This document shows positions 53,309-64,000 of a stretch of DNA of 64,000 nt, piece after piece. Each line of letters begins with the position of its first letter. The first letter of the stretch is position 1. Origin of the DNA: Chrysomallon squamiferum (lineage: Eukaryota > Animalia > Mollusca); assembly GCA_012295275.1 (NCBI GenBank), contig CM022670.1, positions 38,688,001 to 38,752,000 on the forward strand, read 5' to 3'. The notes under the pieces were generated by a model, which saw nothing but the letters and a program-made list of their open reading frames with translations, was not told the origin of the DNA and did no database searches. A program made the position numbers and the translations under genes.

Positions 53309-54956
53309 TTGCTCCTCTTTTAAACTGAGTCTGTAACAAATGTAAACAGAAATGTCGAGCTGAACAGACAATAGAGAATTGTTACAGTTCATACCTCTTA
53401 CCTTTTCAGTTTTACTAAAGACAAACAAGAAAAAAGAAATTTACTTTTCGTTATTCCTTTATATAGCATCTTGTAAGATAAAAACCAGCCTATGTTGTGT
53501 TTATAATTTTTGTTCTGACATTTTTCTCGTCATCGAAGACAAAAATGATTCCGGTTTTAGATATTACCATTACTTATAATGAAATATTTATTTTGTGGGA
53601 AAGATTAATCTTTATTTGTATCATTTGACGAGCATGGCAAACGCTTGGAAAATAATATTCTGTATTATTCTTTCACCGTGTGTGGAATGATGCACAGGAA
53701 ACGAAATTGGTTAGTAAAAAAAAAAGAAAAAAAAAGGTAACATATCACAAACAGCCTTTATTATTTATTTTGTTAAAATTTAGATAAATTTTTATTTTCA
53801 ACTCTGACAACTGAAACATTAGTTTTTAAAACCAGTTCATATGGTAAAAATAAATCATTGAAAGAGCTTTGTTATTCCAGTTGGCAGACAATGTCGCCAT
53901 TTTTCCCCCTCATCTCTCGTCTTTTCCCGCAGGCGATGGAAGTCTCGCCAATTAAATCATCATCCACACACACAGGGCAAAGGCTTGGCGCAGGAGTGTT
54001 ATGGCCCGAGGGGTAACAGGCTGTCTCCAGTTTCAACGTGGACAAAAGAAAAACACCTCGCGACTTAAAAACTTTCCCTAAAACTCGTAACAACGGTTAC
54101 GAGTCTTGCATGTGTTTCCCATCGAAGACAACAGGGATTGTATTTTTCTTTCGCACTCCAGACATCTTGAAGCGGCGCGCAATGGCGGGATGCAAGAAGC
54201 GTCTGAGAAACTCGCCCAGGAAACTTCAGACATCCCGCTGTAATGTCAAACCGACCTGCGGCATTCCACTCCGGTATTGGTTATGGAAGAAGTAAAACTA
54301 GCATATGTTTTGTCAAGTTTCATCCATTTATTTATTATCGCAAATTTATTAAAATCAAACAAAGACGTACACCGTCCAGACGATACAAGCAGACGTCAAG
54401 CCGAGATTTCGCGCCAAAAACCTGCGGAGAACACAACCACAAGCGATCCCATCACCCATGTCCGTAAATAAATTGTACACATTGCACTTCCCTGCAGACG
54501 TGTGTTCGGAAGTCGCATATGGCACGGCCAGCACGGGCCTGTTTGCTGTGAGCACCGGGTATTCCTTTTTGAGTTGTATTGTATATCAATTAATTGGTCA
54601 TAATAGCAGGATTGTGTGACTTGCGGCCTTTGCGCTATGGGATGATAAGGGTATAGAGTTCCCCAAAGAAAACAAACTCTTCTCGGTTGGTGTAGTAAAT
54701 AGAATTCTGCTTACAGTTATTTTACAAGAAACCCGAGTACACGTGCTTCCAACTCTTTTTTTTTTTTTTTTTTTTGCTTTCATATATCGTCTGTGTTAAT
54801 GTCGTTTGTTTTACCTTCAACCTTTGGTGAAAACCTCTTTTTCTTCTTTTTTTTTTTTTTACGAAAATAGTGAATAATTAAATGTAAATGGTTGTTTATA
54901 TCAAAATTATAAATAACCAGATATATATATATATATATATAAAAATTTAAAAAAAA

Positions 54957-54994
<38 letters not shown>

Positions 54995-55338
54995 TATTTT
55001 ATTTTTATTTTATTATTTTATTTTTTACTTTTCTTAAAATATTTCCTTTCTTTTTATTTGTTTTCTTCTTTTTCTTCTTCTTCTTTCTTTTTTTCTTTCT
55101 TTTTTTTTCTTTTCTTTTGTGTTTCTTTTATTAATTATAAAATTTTTATTTTTCTATAACCTTATCAGTCATTTTTGTTTCGTTTTCCAGAAGTATGTTT
55201 CCACATACTTGTAAGTCTTCTTTTTGTTTGTTTTTCGGTGTTGGATTTTTTTTAATTTTTAATTTTTTTTATTTATATGTTTGCAGATTTTTAGTTGTTT
55301 TATGTTGTTCTTTTTCTTTTCTTTTTTATCTTTATCTT

Positions 55339-55371
<33 letters not shown>

Positions 55372-58366
55372 GTATATATATGTCTCACATCATTAATTTT
55401 TACTTTATGTTCCATCTTATTTTATTTCATACCGTTAACTTGGCAAAGCCAAAAATCTTCTTACTGTTGTAATTTCATTTATACTTAATAGTAACAAATT
55501 AATATTTTAATTAATACTTTTCAGATAGCTGTTTCATTTTATATAATTTATTCAACAATTATTTTCAATAACTTCTGTACATTTTTAAATTTAAGGGTAT
55601 TTGGGGTTTTATTTCACATATATATGTGTATATAGTTTCATTTCATCTTTGTTATTTTTAAAATACAGTAGTTTCATACAAACGAATATAGTTAATAAAA
55701 TTACATTTTAAAGAACTTTAATTTTTAATTTTAAAAAGTATACTAACATTCCTATTTGTACTGCTATTACTACTACTACAACTGAGAAATAATAAAAAAA
55801 AAAAAAAAAAAGAAAGAAAACGAAGAAAAGAAAGAAAGAAAGAAAGAAAAAACCCTTAGATTTACTTAGTTTCTGCCTCTCAGAGTTTCAGCGTTCACGA
55901 GGCGGCACTATAATTATCTGTTAAACTGTTATTTGGAATGTTCTTGTTATAACAACGTGATGCAAGGAGTTACTTCCCTTACAGAGTTACTAACGTCTTT
56001 CTCGGAACTCTCTTGGGTCTCACATTTTCTTTTTTAGGAGAGCTTTAGAAACTTATTGCTTTGTAAAAAAGTCTAAAGTTTCATCTATTTACACCATAAG
56101 ATGCTTCTCTGTAGATATTTTTCACCCCAGCGATAGTTAAAACAATTGACATAAACTAGATTTCGAAATCTAAGTATTTTCGTAAGTTCCTTTGGGGAAT
56201 CTTAAAACACTCGGAAATCAGAAAGATCGCTGTAACAATTTCTATTTATTTTGGCATGCAAAATAATTATTTCATCTCTTTTTGTTTCTTATATATATAC
56301 ACACACATATATTGTTCATACAGTAACTTTGAAACATTTCTGTTGCAATGTTTTCCAGGAGCCATATTAGTTTTATATTATTCGTTAAATATTATTTTAA
56401 TAAAAATAATAATAATAACAGTCTCTATAACATGTTAGCTAAACACAATATATATTATATTATAAATTGTCATAGATAAAACATTACATAATATTAAAAT
56501 GTTAAAAATTTAGTATATCTTAATTTTCTACACGTTCGAATTTTATATGGCCTTTTGACAAATAAATAGCAACTCACAATGCATTGATATTTACTTAAAT
56601 ATCCTATTTATTTACTTGTAAGATATATATATATTTTTGTGGGTTTTTTGTCATTTTTTGTTTTGTTTTGTTTTTTTGTTATTTAAAAAAAAACAAAAAA
56701 AAACTTGCGATGGCGTTCGTCGAAATTAGGTTAGGCACGATAACACTTTAGAAGATAATACGACAATAACCAGAAGCAGCCATTTTCGACGTGTGTGGGG
56801 GCTTCTGTTTTTATTGCTTTAAAAGATGAACGCTTTTTGCGAGATCATCAAAACGAAAAGATTATTTGCTTTGCGAAACGCTTCCCTGCCCTTTCTTGAA
56901 ATATCATTAGTAGCCGAAGCTAGGCAGCGACACCGAGAGAAACATTTGAAACCCCACGCGACCCGTTTCTTCATTAATGATAACTCGCCCCTTGATCTAC
57001 GACTTCACGCTGTCGAAATGTTTGACACTTTCGTGAAAACAGTGGAAAAAAAAAACAGCGTAACTATTTTCTGTCAACGTACATCTATATTTGTGTTCTA
57101 GAATTTTATTCAGAACGGGAGAAAAAGAAGAAAATAATAGAAAAAAAAAAAAAAGAAAATAAAAAAAAAAAAAAGAAGAAGAAGGAATAATCATAAAAAA
57201 AAAAGGAAAAAAAAACATAATAATAATAAGAAGAAGAAGAAGAAGAAGATGATGATGATGATGATGATGAAGATGAAGAAGAAATGGATTAATAAACAAA
57301 CAAACAAATAAATAGAGAAATAAATAAACATTTACGTATGTAACTATATAGATATAAATATTTAACATAGTATCTATACTTGATAAATCCAAAGAATAAT
57401 GTTCAACAATATAAACATTGAGTTCTGAAAATAATGCGTGAAACTCAGTTTATTTTTGTATTTTATGTTTGTTATTGTTGTTGTTTATTTATTTATTTAT
57501 TTATTTAACTGTTTATTAATTTAATTGTTTAATTATTTATTTATTTATTTATTTATGTGCTTGTTTGTTTATTTATTTATTTATTTATTTATTTATACGA
57601 TTCTTTCTTTCTTTCTTTCTTTCTTATTGTATTTTGTGTTTTATTATTATTATTTATATTTACTTACTGATTACATTGCTTGAATAGATTTCTTGGCTTT
57701 TTTATTCAAGTTCCATGATTTTTATTTTTATTTTGTACATTTATTATATTATATACATACATACATACATACATACATACGTACATACATACATATATAC
57801 ATACATATACACACACATGCACATATTCACACACATTCACACATACACACACACACAAATACATTCTTACATACATAAGCATAAACACATACATAGATAC
57901 ACACACATACATACGATAAAGATAATAAATAAAAAACCAGAAAAAAACACAAAAAACATGCGCGATAAAAAAGAGTTACACAGTCATATCTCGCTTCTCT
58001 CCGACAAGAATCCCTGATTTACATTGTCGCATACATTGCTGTGAAATCAAGTAAGCTGACGATTTCTTTTATTTCGGCTATAAATAAGAGTCCTGTCTTA
58101 AAACCACGGGGGCAGTGAGTAATTTGTCCTTGCCGAATAACTGACGTTGTGATCTGGCAGATACGCGCAGATAAAGCACGCGATATAACGCATTGGATGT
58201 CACGTTGCATATTCATAATGATGATACCTCACGTGGCATTAGTGAGCGGAATTTCGTACACGTTTATCACAAATCTGTGTAATTTAAATCTTTTGTTTTT
58301 AATCCGCTGTTTGTTTTAGTAGTTTTTGTTAGTTTGGTTTTTGGTGGGAGGTTTTTGTTGGGATGC

Positions 58367-58408
<42 letters not shown>

Positions 58409-60577
58409 CTTTTGTTGGGGATGGGGGTTTTTTTTTTTTTTTGTTTTTTTATGGTTGTTTTTTTAATTTTTTATCATTGTTTGATTTTTGATTTTATTTT
58501 ATTTTTTTATTTTTTAATTTTAAAATTAATTTTTTTTATTTTATTTTATTTTATTTTATTTTATTTATTTATTTATTATTTTTAAAATTTATTTGTTCTC
58601 TCATTCGTTTATACGTGAATGTATCTCTTTATTGTTTTATTTTATACACGCACATACATAAATAAACATATTATATAATATATAACTCTAATTTGACTTT
58701 TTTACACTGTATGAATTTAAAACATAAATTAAATATTATTGTTCTATGTATTTTGGTGTTCTATGTACACAACAATAATAATAATTTAATAAAACTCATA
58801 AAATATCGAAATTAAGCATTATTTATTATTTATTATTTATTTATTTTTTTCATTTTAAGAAAATAAAAATAAAATAAAAACATTTAAAAATTTAATGCCT
58901 GTTAAAACAAAAATATCCAAATTAAGCTTTTTATTATTTCTTTTTTTTTTTTCATTAAGAATATTTAGTGCCTCTTAAACAACTTTGCTGAATTTTTTTT
59001 CCTCACGTTTTTTATTTGTAACGATGAATAAGAAATTTTGAAAGAAAGAAACAAATGCTACCGTCAGTAAACACAAGTAAAAACTATATTTTTCATTGGA
59101 CTTAAAACCCGTAATTACATTTCCATAAACCTACAGCAAAAAAAAAAAAAAAAAACCAGCGTAAATATCGGCCAATTCCAAAAACAAAAGGTTTACTTTA
59201 TCTTGAATGCAAGGAACAGGTGCCACTAACGCGCCGTTTAAGGAATTTTTCAAATCGTAAATCTTCGCTATACGTCCGTGCACCCCCGATAGCAACTTGA
59301 CTGGGACTCGGGTTTTGCCAATTACACGTAGCATCAGACAGAAAACCTGTTAACATGTCAGTTTGCAACGCGATATACAAATACTGCCGCTCCAACGTAA
59401 GGGAATACCTAGTCGTATAGATGGGTGAGATAGGTGACAATAAATGTCTGTAAGCTTCAGTGTACTTTAGCTGCGCCTCTTCTTTTTTTTGTGTGTGTGT
59501 GCGTGTGTTTAAAATTTAAAATTTAATTTGTTGTTTTTTTTTTCCGTAAAAAACGGATAGTTATAATGACAGCTTATTTGCAATAAGGCTTAAAGACCAT
59601 TTATCAATTTCAAAAGAAAAAAAAAAATAACTGAAAAATATGTCATTAAATATTCAGTAGTCCTTTACTAGTGGATGTCAGTGATTTTAGAACTAATTAG
59701 GTTTGTCATCATGAAGCAATGGTCAGTTAGAATCAATCAGTGCGTCAAACAAAATTTTGGCAAAAATTAATCAAAATCCTTTTGCATTTAGCCACTTATA
59801 TATATATATTTTAAAATGTTACGTACTTTTAACAAAGTATATCATCCCCACCATTATTATCTGCATCAAGGTTTAAGCAGCAAAATACATATGTAGATGT
59901 TATTTAATTGTTTTTTATGGCAGTTTTTTTACTTATTCGTGACAGAATAAGTAGTGGCAATATCTGTACTAGTATAAGTACTAACAACGGGAGTTGTGGT
60001 AGCTGTAGTAGAGAGATAAATTAGTCGATTATTCATATTAGTAGTAGTAGTAGTAGTAGCAGAAGCAGTAGTAGTAGTAGCAATAGCAGTAGTAGTAGTA
60101 GAAATAATAGCAGTAGTGGCTATAGTAGTACAAGCATTGTTTTCAAACATTATTTATCTGCAGAATTCTGTTGAATGTATATATATATATATATATAAAA
60201 CAATAAGACATTAAATACAATATGCACATACTCACCCATTAATAAAACGCTAAATATTAAGTATTTTAAAATCCTTACAAAAAAAACCGTATTGTAAATT
60301 TTTAATTTTGCACTATTTATAAATGGTTACTGGTTTAAAATTATTTTATATTTTTCTCGCTTTAATATCCAAGTCAGTTATAACTGCACGTTTTATCGTG
60401 TACTTCAGAATCGGATATAAGCGTATCACTTAAAAATAAATAAACTCATAATACGGCTATTAACATTAAGAAGCGATCATTTTTCTAAGATAATTTTATC
60501 GGAAACTTCACTCGCAGTTTTTAGTGATAATGTAGGAATCTAGTTCTAGTTATGAATGGGTTAAAGCTGTCTGTATT

Positions 60578-60615
<38 letters not shown>

Positions 60616-61229
60616 AGAAATTCGATCAAACTTCCTGCAGTTAGTAAACTTATATATCTCCCAGGGAAACAACGATGTATACATATATATTTATGTGTGT
60701 GTGTGTGTGTGAATAAAAACTATTTATTTATTTAACTATTTATGCATGAATATGTATGTATGTATGTATGTATGTCTGTTTGTATGTATGCGTCTGTCTG
60801 TATGTATGTATGCGTCTGGTCATATGTATGTATGTATGACTGTATATATGTTGTTCTGGCCATGCGTGTGTGTGCATGTGTCTGTATGTGTGTATCTAAG
60901 TGTCTGTATATGTACATGGATATATATATATTTCTGAGGACTGTACATATGTAACCTATACATGTATTTAAAACTTTCATAAAACAGAATCTTTCTTTAC
61001 AGACTTTTTTCCAAAGTCTGATTTACATGGAAGCACAGAAGTCAAATAGCCGGACCTCCCTGATTAAGGAAGCAGTCTCTCTTGGGGGTCATGTTCCGCT
61101 TCAGTGACTTTACAGAGATTATCAGCTCATCTCCAAACTTTTTTTTTTTTTCAAACTCCACAAAACACGGCTCTGAAACGAATCCCCCATCGCTCAAAGA
61201 CTTGTAGCCCAAGGGCGTGAGTGTTTTCA

Positions 61230-61494
61230 TTCGCGTCAGCCAATCAAATGACGTCTTTCGCCGCGTCAGCCAATCGAATTGCGTTTTGGGGGCTTTCCTC
61301 TTTGGTTTCGTTTCTCACACACGTGTGAGTAATTGCGACCAATAAAAGCTATTTACACCGCAATCTTAATGTGTTCTGTGCGAAAATCGCAAAGAGCCGC
61401 ATATCTCTGTTTATAAGCACAGAAGCAATTATATCAGTTCTCCCTTGTTTGTCTGGGGAAGGTGTTTTATTTCGGAGGGCGATAAACAGTAAGT
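61230..61494 (+). promoter_or_regulatory. Pol II promoter plus short non-coding first exon of a gene continuing beyond the window
   Basis: CGCGTCAGCCAATC twice (~31 bp apart), TGACGTC between them, E-box CACGTG at ~61320, third CCAAT at ~61339, TTATAAG at 61411, Inr TCAGTT at 61434-61439 and donor CA|GTAAGT at 61489. Confidence 0.65.
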
Positions 61495-63485
61495 TTATAA
61501 CAGTGTTTGTCACACTTATTGTGTTTACTTTGAGGTTATCTTCGTGGAGATATGTTAGACACAAGAGGCGGTTAGTGTGTAGTTTATTTTAATTTATGTT
61601 ACGTTTTTATTGTGTGTGGGTTTTTTTTCTTTGAAATATACTTATTTATTTATTATTTTATTTTATTATTTTATTTTGATTTTTATTTTATTTTTATTTT
61701 ATTTTATTATTTTATAAATATAATTATTTGTTTTATTTTATTTTATTTTATTTTATTATTTTAAAAATATGATTATTTGTTTTATTTTATTTTTTTTTAT
61801 TTTTTTATTTTTATTTTTTTAGAAATAGCATTATTTTATTTACTTTATTAATTATTTTATTATATTAAAAGTAACATTATTTTATTTTATTTTATTTTAT
61901 TTATTTATATTCAATGACATGTATTACTTTTCGTTTCAAGATTGCTATCTATTTTTATTCACTTCTTTGTAATCTTTTAGTTAACTTTTTCATTATTATA
62001 TTTTGTATTTTATTTTATTTACTTATTATTTACTGACAAGTTTTAATATTCCATGATTTTTTATTAACATATAATCATAACAGTTAATTAGGATACAGGA
62101 TATAAACAGGTACATAAAACATTTTCCATTTAGTTAATAAGCTGAAAATAATTATAAAAATTGCTGCTGCATTTCCATTCATTCATATATATATTGAATT
62201 ATAAAAACTGACCAAAAATATCAAAAATGAAACTTTTCTTTTTAATTGCATATTTTAATCTAATTTGTTATCCGATAAAAAAATAATTATGCATGTAGAA
62301 CACAAATTTATTTTAATATTAAGACAAATTAATATGATGTGCTAGCCATGGAATCCACAAACGTAAAATAATAATTACTTTTATAGGTATAATTATTACT
62401 TTAAAACTGTTTTTTATATAAAATAGTATAGCTATGTAGAAAAGAGTATTTCTTCAGTAACAGAGAATTATTTGATACACTCTATGAATATTTTTTAACA
62501 TAAAACGATTATGATAAAACACAATTCAACAATCATGTACCAGTAGTTATATATACATTACCTCATACTTACTTATCTACAGAGCTGTAAAATAACATAC
62601 ATTTCAGTCTTAGAAACACGGCATATTTTTACATATCTAGTATACGTTGTTAATTAAAACAAAGTTCTGTTTTAAAACAAATTAAGTGAAAATATTTCAT
62701 TTCATTATTTATTATTTTATTTAATTTCATCGGCATTTTTATAATAGATTAAAAGGATAGAAATATCGAAAATTAAAAATGATATTAGAAATTATTTAAT
62801 TCTGTAACCTTTAATTGTTGTATATGTTTTCTTATTTATTCGTACCTTAAAGTTATTATTAAAATTAATATTAATAATATTCAAAAAAAATAATAATAAT
62901 AATAATAATAATAACAACAACAACAACAACAACAATAATAATAGTAATACCAATAATAATAATAAATAATAATAATGACGATGTTGATGATATTAATTAT
63001 TATCATAGTTTTTGTTGTTTTTGTTATTGTTGCTAGATTTATTATTATTATATTATTTTTAAGATTTCTAACAATGAATTGAGCTATTACATTTCTAAAG
63101 AGATCAACGGTACAAAAAGATATATAACTGCACCATTATTAACATTGATTCTACTTCAGTCTATATAATAAAATTAGCTTTTTCAGTTTAGTACAATTCA
63201 TTACGAATCTGCTGAATACAGTAATCTTTGGTAAAGTAGGCAAGAATAAAAAACATATTCTGATATCTTTTCAGTTGTTTTAAAATCAGTCATTTAACTT
63301 TTATAGTATTTTAATCAGAATAAAAGATGATACGAAACGAAGTATTTGTCTGTGTATGATAAATTATAACAGTAGGCAAGAGAGAAAGATGTAAATATAT
63401 CTAATCAGCGATTTACAAATACAAAAAAATACGGTATCATTAATACTAAGAATAATTAAAAACTAGTAATGATAATGCAGTTTTA

Positions 63486-63541
<56 letters not shown>

Positions 63542-63726
63542 TAATAGTTAAAAGTCTTTATGTCATGTGATTTTATTAACAATATTTTATAAGTTAGCTG
63601 ATTATTTAATATCATAATTATCACCATCATTATTATTATTATTATTATTACTGTTCAGATTTACTTTAATTAATATATATATTCATTCAAATAATTAATT
63701 TCTTCTTCTTCTTCTGCATCTTCTTA

Positions 63727-63765
<39 letters not shown>

Positions 63766-64000
63766 TAAATTATTTAAATCATTTGTCAATTTATCATTAT
63801 TTATTTACTTGTTTATTACTTTTATAATTAAGTTATTTATTTATTTATTTGGTAATTTGTTTTTGTTTCGTAGGTTTGTTTATTAATTAATAGATTATTG
63901 TTTATTTTGTTTTTATTTATTTATTTACATTTTATTTATCTATCTGTTAGTCTTATATTAATTAATTTATTTATTATTATTTCTTTCTTTTTCTGTTTAT

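Noticed and set aside
50913-54555. ORFs of 60-120 aa in the GC-rich islands
   Set aside because: No recognisable domain, mostly non-ATG starts, ORFs on both strands and no consistent splice chain.

Overview
AT-rich, microsatellite-laden eukaryotic (invertebrate, probably lophotrochozoan/mollusc; this is inference) genomic DNA. Left to right: (1) a 17-coding-exon RAD17 checkpoint clamp-loader gene (+, 1399-11395); (2) a convergent minus-strand gene for a signal-peptide-bearing protein made of two tandem GLOD5-like glyoxalase/VOC domains (~12757-16234); (3) a tandem array of seven single-coding-exon class A GPCR genes in three subgroups (+, 20230-48302), all with NCxxY in place of NPxxY, plus an eighth, receptor-less partial unit; (4) about 13 kb of non-coding DNA with several CpG-rich islands, one unusually hairpin-dense (50.9-51.5 kb), ending in a CCAAT/TATA/Inr promoter and first exon of a gene outside the window. 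Two pogo/Tigger-type non-autonomous DNA elements and a ~1 kb inverted repeat are also present. Many 1-2 nt indels, including one in RAD17, suggest consensus errors, so pseudogene calls are unsafe. All calls are from manual reading; no searches or folding programs were run.
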